Shown here in pieces: positions 26,421 to 41,100 of a stretch of DNA of 64,000 nt. Source of the DNA: Blasia pusilla (lineage: Eukaryota); contig CM114271.1 of NCBI GenBank assembly GCA_050084515.1, positions 49,352,001 to 49,416,000 on the forward strand, in the 5' to 3' direction. The notes under the pieces were generated by a model. The model had not been told where the DNA came from and searched no databases. It saw only the letters and a list, made by a program, of their open reading frames with translations. Both the position numbers and the translations under genes were made by a program. Position 1 is the stretch's first letter. Every line of letters starts with the position of its first letter.

Positions 26421-28409
26421 TGGATGTATTAGTATCTAGAGGAAAATGGTGGGATCTACGATGAGGAGGGGAGAGTTTACAAAAGAAGGAAGGCGTGTAA
26501 AACCAAAGAAGTGAGTAGATGGATTATCCAACTCCATCTCGATGATTGATATGAGGGAATGAGGTTGTAATGTTGGGCCCAGCTCGTAACAAACGCTCGA
26601 GAAAAGCAAGGGGAATCCCTTGAACCGATGGTAACCCGCAAGCACACTAAAAAAAGAACGTTATGTGTGAAATTGCATAGAAATCTTTGAGCATATTTAG
26701 GAAAGAAGGAGGTCCAAAGATCTCCAAAAACTTTGGAAAACCCCAACTTAAGTGGAAAAAAGAAGACTCAAAATTTCATAATTGAGAAGATGAACCTTTG
26801 ATTGAAAAAAAAATTCGAGCACAATTAAAATAGTTACAGCAAAATCCTCCATCTCCTCCTTCCATAGTGCTCATCCTGCTTCAAACCCCAAAGCCCAATT
26901 TCCAAAGCAAAGCATAGGAACGAAATTTGGCACGTTCTAACCATTCGAAGCTGAATCTCGACAGTTAAAAGCTTAGGCGCCCTGCGGGACGAGGACGCGT
27001 GTAGGAGAGTGCAGACAGGGCCACCAGACATACACAACGTGGCGACCCGCGCCCCTTGAGCTTCCCGCGGAAACCTTCAAAATTTGTCTCCCATAATCTG
27101 CGGAATGGTTCGGACTATTCAAACTCGTCTTCCGGCGGTGGTGTTGAAAAGCGACACCTGTTATATGAATGCTTAATTAGCCATAAATAAATTTCTTTGC
27201 GTACTTACGACTTTTTACCGTAAGCCTCAACAGGTATCTTCCTAGTGGTAAGCCGTGAACCCAGTCTTACGGGAGTTGTCCTTGGACCAAGCCAGGCGCC
27301 AGGTAAGTAGACACGGTTGTCAACATTGTTCGAATGCCAACAAAAATTCTACCTTCGTGGATTTTTCTCTGCTCGAACACGCTCACAAGACCGCGTCAGC
27401 GCGGACGCACTCGTATGGGAGGGACTACGAGTGGTCAGAGAAAAAAATTACCCTCGGACGGAACGTCTACTCACGAAAACCCTGATTTGAGACGCCCTAT
27501 TAGACACATTCGAGGCCGAATCATCCCTCTGCTTGGTTTTGTACCTACTATGAGTGCACCGTGTCCGCAGGGCAGGGACTTTCTTTGGTTTGGAACTATG
27601 CCGTTCTTGAATTCTTTAAAAGTTGGGTCTTCAAATGTGGGTGTGAGCTGGCGGTGGGCATATGACCGAGATTTTATGGGCGGGTTGGATTCGTTATGAT
27701 TGGATGCTATTTACGACCGCCTGCACTGTGCGAACTGTGTCCACTAGAACCAATGATCGACCTAGCTTTTGGAAATTCGGCTGTCGGTGAAGAAGCTGCA
27801 GGATTCTTCAGGTGCCAGGCATCATTTCCCTCCAACAATTCAGTAGGAAAGATATTTTCTGGTGGCAAATTTCAATTCAAGACTATTACGGTGTCTAGTA
27901 TATAAACAGACCTCTCTGGCTGCCGATAGCTTGGGAATTCGATGTTCAGCAGTTTTTCGTGGACTGGAGGAAGATTCACCCTTCTTAAGCAGGACAAGTG
28001 ATGCCGCGGCCGAATGAAGTGAATCCTTGATCGATTGAGATGCCAATTCGCTGTGGAAAGTTGCAATACATGTCCCTGGCAAACTCGAGGTAGAGTCCAA
28101 TTGCTCCACGGGTACCGACTTTTTAACTAGTCGGATTAACCTCACTTGAAGAGTGCGATCTACTCATTGGATTCGGAAGTTGCAAGGAAGGGATATGGGA
28201 CGGAGGAACTATCGAAGGAAACGACCTTCAGAGTGATAAAGCATGCGATGCAGACTTCAATTTCACATCGGTACAAGCAGGGAGTCGTGAATCAGAGACA
28301 GTACTCTGTTGTCGATTCATCTGTGGCAATCGATAATGAGCGGCACGCAGTCTGAGGATTCCACGAGTAGCATTTTTTGAGGAACAAGTGAAAGAAGGAA
28401 ACCACAAAC

Positions 28410-31400
28410 ATGGCGTTCAGGGCAACAATGAAGCCCAGGAATGTGTATACAGCTCCGAGCTGGCGGAAGTTTGACGGACATCGGCATCGTTCATGGCCCC
28501 TTTCGGGCTTTTTTCTCGGTATCCTGCTGCTGCTTGTCCTCCTTCCTCAGATCGCCTACAAGGTCAGATATCTCTCTGGTCCCGTGCACAATAAATAAAT
28601 TACTGAGTCTCTCCCTTCAAGGCCTTTTGCCCTAGTGGGCCCTAACGGGCAATAAATCACTTCACTCACTCATTCATTCCCTCTCTTCCTCTTATCTACG
28701 AGTTCGATTTCCGTGCTTGTTTCCTGTGGGTCATGACCACTGACGCCGACATGACGAGATAACATGTAGCTCGTCATTCCTGGTTTGCTCTCATCGCCGA
28801 ATTCGAGGAAGCCGACGCAAAACAGACTTTTTTCCAATCCCCTTCGTCCATCTCCTCTTATGTCATACCAGTTGCGAATGCTTGAGAACGAAAATTTTCT
28901 TTCTCCGTGTGTCGGTCATGTTGTCATTTGGATCTTTTTGTGAGCCTGTGTCTGGATTGTGTTGCGATTCCACATGGTTTACTGAGGTTGTCAAAAGATT
29001 AGTTTGGGTTACTAGGAGGATTGCAGAAGGCCAAGAAATCAAGGAATTATTCCAAAGTCCACGGGAAGGCTACGGACGTAGGAATTCCCCTCCCTTTGCC
29101 TGCCTTTCTCAGGATCCTCTCCACAACCAGATTTCAATGCTCCATGCTTTCCCAACTTCTTATCGGGGACTCGCCACGGAGAATTCCTAAACATCAACTC
29201 AGGGACTAGTGGCTACCGAACTCCGTAGGTTTCATCCCGAGATCATATTCAGCTCCAAGGTTCTCAGCGGTAGTTAGTTGCCTACTGTGCCCTGCGAGGA
29301 ACACGATCGGACGAGTTCTCCATGTTTCCCAGAACATCCCAGCAGTCTAAAAACGTAAAACTGTCGAATTTACAGGCTCATGTCCGCGGCCACTCCAAGT
29401 CTTATTAAATAGTCAAGTCAGCCATGGCAGTTAAATCAGATTTTCTCACTACTCTGCTGGGTTTGGAGAGTTCAGTTAGCCTCCTGCGCAGAAGTGAATC
29501 TCACTCATCCTGACTCCACAAATTCATGGTTCCGTCAGAGAAGTAATTTCAAGCAGCTCAATTCGTCTCTGTCGATGCAAACTCCACATCTTGCGTCTAG
29601 AATATGTGAAATCTTTGGAAAACGTCCATGACTGAGGGGAGTCCCTATCCATCCATTTTTGCGAAAAAATAACGGCTGATTTGGTGATGCAGATCTCTTT
29701 GGAGAAGGAGGACATGCTTCGCAGACGGACTATTTTCGGGGACAACCTGGAACCAACACCCTGGCATTGGCATGTCAACCCTTTCGCACCTATCGACTTC
29801 AATTGGGATCGATCCGTGGAGATTAAAAAGTGCTCCATTCACAGTTGGCTTCTGCCAAACCCCCGCCCATTGCGACATTTATCTCAGAAAAAACAGAACG
29901 CAACTTCATGTCCTTCCTACTTCCAGTGGATTCGATCCGATCTGGCTCCTTGGGAGAAGACCGGAATCACGAGGAGCAATATTGAAATGGCCAAAGAACA
30001 TGCTGCTTTCAGAGTTGTGATCGTGGATGGGGAATTGTACATCGACAGCTACTACTCATGTGTACAGACGCGTGCTCTGTTCACAGTGTGGGGATTGCTC
30101 TTGCTTCTGGAGAAATATAAAGGGCATGTGCCGAATGTCGACCTTATGTTTGACTGCATGGATCGACCTCACATAGAGAAGGTGGAGAGCTCGACCGGAC
30201 TGTCCAGCCCGCCTATTCTATTCCGTTACTGCAGCACACCCAACCACTTCGACATTCCTTTTCCGGATTGGTCGTTCTGGGGCTGGTCAGTACTTCCACT
30301 CACCCTTTCCTCCACGCCCCATATCGAGCTTTGCTCTGTTTTCCTCATGATGTGCTGAATCCTAAATCTACAACTACTAGTAATCTGAACGTTTCAAGTG
30401 AGTTTCGCTCCTCAAGGTTTAGGGTTAACTCATCTTCCGAAAGAAAGAATGTAAGAACTCTGGTTTAGTGCCCACGGGCCGAGAGGTTTTGGGACCTCGA
30501 TGTGCATTGACAGGAGTACTGTGGGAGACTAGACATGCAAGAGAAATAAGAGACGTGTCGATGTCCTTGATACGGAACAACGTGGTCAGCTTGTGCTCAT
30601 TTGATGTACCCCTAAATTTTGTTCAGGACGGAAACGCAGCTGAAGCCTTGGGATCAGGAGCGTGAAAACATTTTGAGGGCTTCTGAAAAGCAACCCTGGG
30701 CGGAAAAAGTCAAGAAAGCTTTCTGGAGAGGAAACCCTGACGTAGGTTCTCCTCTGCGGATGGAACTTTTAAAGTGCAATAACGGCTCTCGCAAATTTCC
30801 TTCCCGTGCAGAAATTCAAAATCAGGTACGGTTATAAATCTAACTGTTTCCGTCCTGGTTAAATGATATGTTGGCTTATATCCATAGATGCTCAAACGGA
30901 AAACGTTTGATCGTGCAGTTTGGAGCGGCAGTAGGCCTCGTTTCAACGGTTTGAGGTATACTCCTGTTCAAGGGGTACCCTTGAGACTCGATAAAAAGTG
31001 ACTCACGGAAGGAAATTTCTAGTAAATTGAGACACGAAGATTCCTTCTAATCATTCATGAAGATTGCTATGCATACAGCTTGCTGTTTTCACTTCAAACT
31101 GATCGAGCAGAACTCGTGGTTTGCTAGTATCTTTCGAGTGTTCGCGACTTTTTGTCAACAGTAGAACGTTTTAAGAGTATGCTAAATCTTGGAATTATGA
31201 AGTTGATTGCTGCAATATGTGGTCGCAAGACAGGTACTGATGTTGGGTTTTGTGTTTCCCGAGTTGGTCAACAGAACTGGGATGTGGAACTTGCATCTGG
31301 TGCCAAAAACTCCAGACTGGAGGACCAGTGCACACACAGGTGTGCTCTTCTGCCCCTTCGTCCTGATCTGAAGTCTTTGGAAGCTATGCCATGTGATTTT

Positions 31401-32758
31401 CTTTGGAAGAAAATCACATGGCTTTTAAACTAGTATCTGATGACAGGCATGCGCGTGAAGTGCCTGAGTAGCACCATGCTCACTAAGAATGGGAGTCTCA
31501 GATGGCTTGAGCTGGCCTACAACGTGTTCTTCAAATTTCAGCGAGTTTGCTCGTTTATCCATTTAGACGCGATTCTGAGGCTTTTTTTGTGGGATTTTGT
31601 GTTTCCTTTCTCTTTTTCGAACCTCAAGTTTCTTTCTGTAGTCTAGCGTTGCCCTTACAGCAGTTTTTGTAGAAACTCGTTGGAAATAAGCATTCGTTGT
31701 TGAAGTCAACAAAGATATGGAGAAATTCTTACGCAGATTAATCCGAGCAGTAACTCGCATGAACTTACTGGTTTCGACTTTCGCAATGTGTGGGATGTAG
31801 GTATAAGATCTACTCGGAGGGCTTCGCATGGTCGGTCAGTTTCAAGTACATAATGGCGTGTGGATCTACCACTCTGGCAATCTCTCCTGCCTACCACGAT
31901 TTCTTCATGAGGGGACTTGAACCCTGGGTGCATTACGTGCCTGTGCGTCCGACAGAGATCTGTGCCAACAAACTTTGTTCGGCCATAAACTCCGCTGTGA
32001 AATGGGGCGAAGCAAATACACAGAAGGTAAGCCGTCGCTTCCCCGCTGGCGTCGTTCCTTGTGCTATCGGAGGTCGTTGAGTGGGATTTTGCCAGGAGAC
32101 TGCCACTAGGGTGCTTTTGACGATTGAGGAATTAAGGACCATCTGCATCTACCCTTTGCCTTCCTTAAAGTGATTTTAAATGATGATTCTTGAAAGTAGA
32201 TTGAAAGACATCGAGTGGACTGGAAACCTGCCAACATACGCTTTTGAGACACTCCCACCTTTAGGATATGTCGTGGTTGATGTGGAAGTAAACCTTTTCA
32301 TAGCTGTGATAACTGATCCCTGCGGCCGAATCCGGTTGCGCATGCAGGCGGAGGCAATTGGAAGGGCTGGACAAGAATTTGTGAGGAATGAACTGGATAT
32401 GAACAATGTGTATGACTATATTTATCATCTTCTGGTGGAGTATGCGGGTTTACAAACGTTCAAACCGACAATACCAGCAACAGCCCAGAAGTACTCCCAG
32501 AATTTCCTCTTATGTCTTGCCCAGCCCCATCAAAGACGATTTCTAAAAGAGGCACGCCAGTTCATGTCTCTGGGTTCGACACCTTGTCAAATGCCTGAAT
32601 CAGCAGGCAATGTGAAGGATTTTCAGTGGGAAGCTAAAGAGCATAGCTCAAGCGATTGGTCTCAGCGGAAATGTAAATCGAGAAGACGCAAAACGGGAAC
32701 TCGCAAGACACAGCGTCACGACACGTCACTAAACGCAACGTCTACCAGAAGTGGATAG
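28410..32758 (+). CDS. Glycosyltransferase family 90 (CAP10/DUF821, O-glucosyltransferase Rumi-like), type II membrane protein, 548 aa
   Basis: GT-AG exons 28410-28562, 29693-30285, 30627-30825, 31275-31339, 31801-32026 and 32348-32758 splice in frame (1647 nt). Signal anchor GFFLGILLLLVLL. Motifs CPSYFQWIRSDLAPW, VPNVDLMFDCMDRP, DIPFPDWSFWGW, FWRGNP, YKIYSEGFAWSVSFKYIMAC and YDYIYHLLVEYA. Confidence 0.95.
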
Positions 32759-33960
32759 TTGAGCAAACCTCTGAATGTGGCGACCTCCAGGAATGCAATC
32801 CCGTTACACCGGACTATCCAGTGTCTAAACGTGGATCACTTCAGATCTGAAGATTTGAGTCGGGAGAAAATCATTATTTCCCACGTCCATGTATTCGACT
32901 CATCCGTAGATAGGTCTTACGATGGCTTTCTCGGGACATTGGCTACCTAGGCCATTCTACTCCCAGCCTCGCATGCAACTACTCTCTTTTCCAGAGGCAC
33001 GGTGTTCATAATTATTGTTCCAAGCCAATCCTGATCCGAGACGGAAGAAAGAAATCTCTTACACAAGTTCTTGGAAAATATACAGGATAGGAAAGATGCG
33101 ACGCTATGAAATGGAAGAGCTCATCATGAAGGATTGTCCTCACGAGAGGATTGTAAGGCCTTGTCACGTGTATAATGCTATCTTTACACTTCCATTCAAT
33201 TATTACTCTAATCTGGATCCAGATGTTTCTATTCACCAGGTCCGGTTCACCGTGGGTAGAATGGTTCTAAAGATCATTCAATTTTATTTCCTTTTGTCTT
33301 TGTTTAAGGGTTTGCATTTCTTTGATATGATTCATGTTCTAGTGTCCATGTCGCCTTTCTGTGCTCGATTTCTAGGATTTCAAATTTTCGCAATTTAGAA
33401 AAATAGTGGTGACGCTCATTGAATTTTATTTCTTTTCGTCAGTTTTTTGGGTTTTGGTCTCATGGCGTTTGCTTTGGTAGGATACAATTCCTTAATGCCT
33501 ACATCTCCTATGCTATGCCCCAAGTTCAAGAATTGTATCGTCCCCATCATGTTCCTCCCAACTCAGCCTTCCTCGAGTCTTTCCGTTTAAATTATGAATA
33601 CCGTTCGGATAATGCAGTCGACAGTACTGGCTGTAGCGGCAACTAACCGATTTTTTAACATGTTTTGAAGATTTCCATGGGAAACCTTAAAATTTTGATG
33701 TAGTAGTCATCAATGTGTTACATTTTAATGTAACACATCTTTTGAAAACCCCGGCTACCAAAATTTCTATATTGATTTTTGACCTCAACATACATACATG
33801 GACAAATCAACCTCATCTAATAATCCATGAGACAACACATACATTTGATTTAGCAACGCCAGATAGGCATGTTTGATGATCTTTAATAACTCCAAGGGGA
33901 ATGAACAAGGGTTTTGGTTCCTCCACGCACATCCGTCTCTCATATCAACAGTAATACTAG

Positions 33961-34263
33961 GGCCACTCATCCCCGGAGGGCCCAGGAGGTTTATTGAGGG
34001 AGAATCCCCGCCTACAGAAACGGATATCGAAATAGGTGTACCATTCGTGTAAACGCCGTTCTAGGGACGTTCGTAAGAGAATTGTCTGCTCCTCAAGGGC
34101 AGGGGCTACGCATTTTAGGCCCTTCGCGTGTAAGTTAAGGCCGGTTTCATCCGTGCATCGCTCGGGCACCGGCTGGCATTAATTATTCGACAAAGGCCAC
34201 TCGTGTTGACCGAACTACATTGGCTCGCCTCCCCCAATTTCCCCGACCTTCGAAGTGAGTGGC
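33961..34263 (+). other. GC-richer ~300-nt self-complementary island (candidate structured ncRNA or old MITE)
   Basis: The ends pair over ~40 nt (GCCACTCAT/GTGAGTGGC, CGGAGG/CCTTCG, ATTG/CAAT, GGGAG/CTCCC). Internal hairpins include CTGCTCCTCAAGGGCAG. Confidence 0.4.
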
Positions 34264-35143
34264 AATACAACCCCAAAGGGTATACATTTCCAACCACCAC
34301 AGGGTTGGAAGAGGTTAAAGGGCTGTTATTGATTTTTGAAAGGAAACATGGAACATGCGGTCAGGTGAGGAGTTTGAAGGTAGGTTGTAGTCAGTACCCA
34401 GAAACCCAGGAACTCAGGAACCCATCCACATTACTCTGCACCACACCACGTCGCCAAGATTTTTGTACAGTTCCCACAGACGTTATTTCCTCACAGATGA
34501 ATAGGCCAGAAAGATACTTCCAAAGAACCTTGAGAATATTTCTTCTCTACACAAGTAATCTGGTAACACCACTGATTCAACCTTTACAAGATTGAGAAAC
34601 TTTTAACAGCATCCAAGTCGCGTAAGACCAATTGAGCATGGTAAACATTTTCAATGTTTTCTCTGATATGCAAGAAACATTTTGGAGGATGAGGAAACCA
34701 TCGACAAATATACTTTTATTACAGAGCACCACTGACTCAAGCTTGACAAGATTCAAAAACTTTTGGCAGCATCTCCTGGCCTGAGAGCTACAAACTGATT
34801 GAGCATAATACATATTTTTTCATTTACACACTCGAGCTACAGGTAGTTGCATAACTTTCAAAATGTAAGTGGAACTGTGCTTCTGTATAGCTGCACACTT
34901 CAGGATCTTGGCGAAAACAATTTGAACTGCACAGAATACTTTAAAGCCCCACTGAAGAAATAACTGCCTTCACTAGCTCTAAAACTTCAATATTTCTTCT
35001 GAAGAAACAAATCACATTGATATAGCATGCCAACATAGCACAGCTCCATCAACATTCCATGAGGGGGCAAAGTGCAGTCGTGACACAAACCAATCCGGTT
35101 TGGACCAGAAAATCTAGATGCAAACACAGCCAAGCTAATCATT

Positions 35144-38100
35144 TTACCGGTCGTTACTGAAAGGTGGTTGTGGTGATTGTGCTGGCTGAATTGTTTGATT
35201 TAACAGTGGCCCTTGCCTATTTTGATCTGATGACGCAGCTGCTTGTGCTGCTGGGAGAGGTCTCTGGAGTGGTCTCAGTGCTGCCATCAGTTGTGAAAAC
35301 GTGGGCCTCAGGTTTGGATCACTGCAAAACCATCATCCATTAACACATCATTTAGTAACCAGATATCCCGCAAGTATCTCAGTAAGTTCCGATACCTTAG
35401 AATAAGTCTAGAATCATGGGCATGAATGGGTTAAAAACTTTTATCACTACTCCTGAAGCTGAAGGAAGCAATTTTTAAACCATTTAAAAAAAAATAGAAA
35501 CAAAAATATTGGCTTACTTCTGCCAGCATTCACGAATGATGTTTCCAAGGAGAGGATCCATATCTGCAGGGACATCAAGGCGCCTATGCTGGAATCCCAC
35601 AGCCCCAACCACCTGCATTGGGTTCATACCACTCCACGGTTGTTTCAGAGTCGCCAGCTCCCACAATATTACACCAAAGCTGTACACATCACATCTGCCA
35701 GTACAACACAACACAAAATTCCGTCAAGCACCACTACCTCAATGTAACACCACAGCTGTACATGGCATCTGCAGATACAACTCAGCACAGAATTGCATCA
35801 AGAGCCACACACACAACAAAAACACTTCACAACTCACATCAATTAAAACGACTAAGAAGATAAATATTGAGACTTAGGGTGAGCCTCCCTTACTTTTCAT
35901 TGGAGGGCTCATTTCGCAACATTTCAGGTGCCATCCACTCCGGCTGCACAACAAACAGGGTGACTATTACATAGAGTGAAAAGAAGAGCAGACAACCTCA
36001 GATACCTCTAACTATATCACCTCAAGGACATTTATATTAATACTTGCTCAGTTGAAAGGATGCATCTTTTGTTTCACAGGTATACTAAGGGAAGATATAT
36101 GAAAGAGTTCCATGAAGTGTTTTAAGTAGCATGAGATCAAACATTACAACAAAAAGGTGCTCCTCGACCTCAGATCTCCAGGGATTGATAAAGATTCCCA
36201 GATCTAAATGACAAACTCGTCCTCAAGAAATGAAGAATGAAGGCATGAAAAGAAACAAGAGGCATCACACAATCCATCAAATGAACATACTATGTTCTTC
36301 AGGGTGTTGGACTTACTGTTCCTGCAGTTGACTTCGATGATAGAAAGGTGTTGTTCTTCATTCGAGAGAGTCCAAAATCACAAACCTGATCCAACGTCAC
36401 CAAAAGTAATCTTTACAGATCCGTATAAGACAACAAAATATTCATACTAAACACAAAATCAGACAAAAGTTGGGAATTCAGGACTCAAGGATGATAATTG
36501 AGATTTCTGATCTTGGAACTAATGTCAGGCAGGTACACTGATTCTTATCATAAGGTGAGCCCATATCCCTCACCTTCACAACCCAGTTCTTGTCAACTAG
36601 AAGATTTGGAGACTTCAAATCTCGATGCACAATAACCGGTGAGCTGCTGTGTAAATAATTCATACCTTTTGCCTGTAAACCCATCAGCAGATGTTCACCC
36701 CACATAATCAACCTTGATAAATACTCTCATGAATTAGCACAAATCATCCTCAAATTTTCCAGTATGATGACTACCAGAAGAAGAAAAGCTCATGCAACTG
36801 GTCACTACACATAACTACACAGGGGTCAAGAGGCTCTCGATGACCAAAACAATTACCACATCAAGAGCCATTCGTAATCGTCTTCTCTCATCAAGCTGAT
36901 TATTGGGACGATGAATAAGCCTGTACAAACTTCCTCTGCAAAAGACGTCCACGTATTTCAAATGTTGTATAAGAATGATGACTATGGACTAATAACTGCT
37001 TGCTCCACTTCCTTCACAATTCCAGCTACTCCAACGAAGGGATCAAGTTACCAATGGCCAGCAAGTCAAATAAAAGTTGGCATCTTAATCATCTGCTCAC
37101 CTTGGAAGAAACTCAGTGACAATTGAAAGATGTGGGGGCCGAGTTACAGCACCCATGAACAAAACCACGTTGGGATGGCGCAATCTTCTCATGATCCGCA
37201 CCTGTCAAAAAGATAAGGAGAATGATAGGGGGATAAGCCATCCACCTTCAGTACTTCATCTGAAGATCTACCTGACACACAAAACAAGAGGAAGGGGACA
37301 AAAATCAATGACATGTACTACATCAACAATCCAATCTAACCTTACCTCGAGTCTGAATTCCTCCAATGCATCTCCTGAAAGATCTTGGTCAAGAAACTTC
37401 TTGACTGCAACTTCCTGAAACAATTGATGACCACAACAAAGCTGAGAATGAAAAACATACACAGAGGATCTCCTTGATCAGCAAACCGCAACAACAATTG
37501 GAATCACAGAAGTTAGTTTAACAGCACCACTTCGATGGGCAAGAATACTCTATGCACTGCATTGACAGACCATCAGCTAGGTACATCAATGAACACAAAT
37601 AAACAGGGGTTAGATGATCTTACAGATCCATGCCAATCTCCACGGTAAACCTCGCCATATGATCCTGACCAAAATTAAGGCAGGAATCCACAATGAGAAA
37701 GCGACCACACAGAACAGAACGACAAACTATGAATAAAACTGGAAGGGAGGGTCCATGGAAAGTACTAAAGGGGGAAACTCCCATAAACAACAAAGTCCAA
37801 GGCCACAACTGGCCGGAGGGAAATGCGATGCAAGAGACCCTCTTGAAGCTAACTTCAACAACATTAGAAAAGACATCAGCAACAGCTAGGGAGAAATGAC
37901 TACAAAACCAGCTTCACATATGTAATTGGGACATGGACAATGTTGGTAAGCAGTTCCCCAGGAAATAGAAAGTATACAATGCTGGCACAGTTTGACAATA
38001 CTCATTCTTGTCAACCTGTGCATCCTTTGGATATTGTTATTAAAGCCTCAAAGAGCATCCAGAAATCTCAAAGGAATGCACGATCACAACTTGATGGCTT

Positions 38101-41100
38101 TGTGTTGGTTCACCTAAACCAATTCGATCTCCTATAACAATGTCTTCCCATGGGATCTCCCACTCTGCAACATCCTTCAGCATGGATTCAAATTTATTTT
38201 GTTGAGCACCACTCAGACCATCAGAATTCCTCTCTTCTTCCACGCTGACTTCACCATCCAGACCATCACCAAAGCTACTGCCCTGTCTCCCACTGCCTCC
38301 TTTCCCATCACTGTCATCTCTACCCACACTGTCTCCAGGAGAACTTGTACTTGTTTCATCAAATCTCTTCTCCCCATGTTGCCTTCCTCTCCCACTCCCA
38401 ACCTTCTCTTTCTCATCATGGGCCCCCCTTCTCCCACTACTACCGCCCTTCTCTTCATTCTCTATCTGTATCTGCTTTCCACCACTGGTCGGCCCCTCAC
38501 TGTTAGAAGGTGATGATTCATTGCTTTCTAGCCTTCGCCCTGCAGCAGCTGATGTTGCAGCTACCACTGCTGCTGTTGCAGTGGCAGCAGCAGCCATTGG
38601 GACTTCCAGTTTGCCATCCCCATCACCTTTGGCAGCTGCAGCCACCATAGTAGAGGCCACAACTGCAGCAGTAGCAGCTGCTGCAGCAGCAACAGGAACA
38701 TGGAGTATCATATCCGCCTGGAGGAAACCCTCAAGTGCAACAGGTGGGACTCCAGCCCTTCCTGGCGGCGAATTAGGCTGCACAAGTGGAAAATTTGGTG
38801 TGTTCCCCTGGGCAGTCCCTAGTGGGCGTCTGTCTCCTAATCCTTCAACTGAGTTCAACCTCTGAAGCCTCTCTCGTGAATTTGATCCTTCATCAGCAAT
38901 TTGCTGTGACGGTTTCGAATTCCCAGGAGGTGGCCGACCTCGACCAAACCCTTTCTTTTTTGGAGACGAACTAGAAGAAGATAGTTTGCTTTCTAGAACC
39001 ACATTTCTGTCGTCCGCTGCCTTTTTCTCCTCCACATTGTGAGCTTGGAATTGCTTTGGTGAAATTCCCGAAAGTAATTCAGGACCTGTAACAACACCAC
39101 TTTCCACGAGCACATCATGCAGTTTCTGTGCAAACTCTGGATTCTCCTTCGCGGCATCCATGACTGAGTCCATCACAATTTGGACAGATGAAACATTGTT
39201 TATCGCCCGTCCAGGGCGTCCACCAGGTAACCCTACTTCCTTCATACCCTCAGTCCATGAGGGTGATCGCCCATGGGAAAGACGTACAGGCTTTGTAAAA
39301 AGGCCCTCCAAATCATCCGGTTCACTATGACGTCTACTTTCAAGCTTCGCATTATTTCCTTTCGGATCTGCTACTTCACTGGCTCCTCTTCCATAGTTCA
39401 GAAACCTTTTATCCTTGTGGAGATCCCTTGACTCTGGAGTTGAATGTGTGGAATGTGCAGATCCTGAAGGTGAAGAGTTCTCTGCCCTTGAACTCTGGGG
39501 GCTCACATCTGCTGAAGAAGGGATATCTGACCCACTTTCGCGTGGCACTGCCTCTGGTTTATCAGGAGGAATTAGAGTTCCTGGAGCTCCCATTAGATCA
39601 ATTATATACTCCCTGCGACAATCAAAGCAAAGTATCAATCTCCTCTCCATATCTATGAACTTATTGGAAAATGCCAACCACAATTGAAATTTCATGACAT
39701 TTCCCAAGGAGGTTGTGAGTTCAATCCTAGCTGCACACATGGGGCAGGGGTTCTGGCAACCATAAAAGTATTCATCCATGCTCATGAGATCACTGTTGTG
39801 CACCACATGTTTGTGAAGTTTGGCTTCATACTGAGTCAAATCATGGAAAAATCCAACATATCCTAACTATATAGGCCAGCCTAAAAGGCTTGAAACCTAG
39901 TCATGCAGGGTAGTCGATGAATGTGATTCCAAGGCCCAGATTGAAAGAAACTCATGATCTAATTGGTTTCTGGAAGACTAGAAAATCAAATTTGATCAAT
40001 TACTCTTCGTGGACAATGGATTTATGATTTCTAGGCTACAACATGCACTACTATAGCAGGAAATGAGGTCATCCTTGTAACGTGGTATAAGCGAAGCACA
40101 GTGTGAACTCTCATAGCAGCACAGCAATGTCCTAGGAAGCCACACAAAATTTAACCTTTCTCTGCCAAGTGGATACCCTGAATCAGCAGACTTCAAGAAC
40201 TACCTCCATGGATGCCTTTTTCAATATGTCTAGAGCAGGTAATGGACAGGACATTAACGTTCATAGAAAAAGCTCCTACTCTATTCAAAAGGTCCATGCT
40301 GATCCTAATAATCCTCTGCTGTGTGGTAAACCGAGATGTACATAGATTCATAATGATATTTGGCATAGGTAGTTTTGCCCACCTATCATCATCCACCCTT
40401 ACAATGTTCACTGCCCCTTCCTCCTCGACCCCTGGGTAATGTCGACCTTTGACAAGCTGACAGGGAAGTCCAACACAATCTGCTAAGACCTGCATGTCAA
40501 AGAGAGGTCATTTCTTTAACTCCAATGTAGATAATGTCTGAGGAATCAAGAAACTTCAGGTAAAAAGACATTGTGTGAACCAGAATACACAGCCTTCTTT
40601 AACATAACCAAGGCATCATCTTTCCAATAGAATGAGAAGAGCTAATGCTACTGACCATCCATATTTGAGGCATCCTGCAAGTAAATTTGAAGAAAAATTG
40701 ATGCGTGGTTTTAAGATTTGAACTTTGATGACATTTAATACTGACCTTTCTTCAACACGAAGTTCATATAACTGTGAGGTTGAAGCTAGCGAAGATCAAA
40801 AGAAACTAGGCAAGCGTCACTACTTCGTAATCTCATTGCCACTCAGAATATCTAGAAAACAAAATGTGTTCATGCGCAGGGAGATGTCAACAATTTCCCT
40901 TAACAGTTGGGTGACAGAACACAACAACAGGAAGAGCCATTTATAGATGCGGACTTTTAATGAACTACCAGACTTTACATCACACAAGTTCGGCATAATG
41001 TCCAACAACAGCACATGAAGCACAACAAGAGCTTAACACCAAATATTTCGTTAGTCTTCAGTCAGACACTCAGCTCCAAAGTTCCGTCACCTTAAAAAGT

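Noticed and set aside
33961-34263. Identification as SRP, RNase MRP or telomerase RNA
   Set aside because: Only short partial motifs are present (AGGCCGGTTTCA; TCCCCG..GGGGCT; TTATTGA). Spacing is wrong, and there is no telomeric template, Pol III promoter or terminator.
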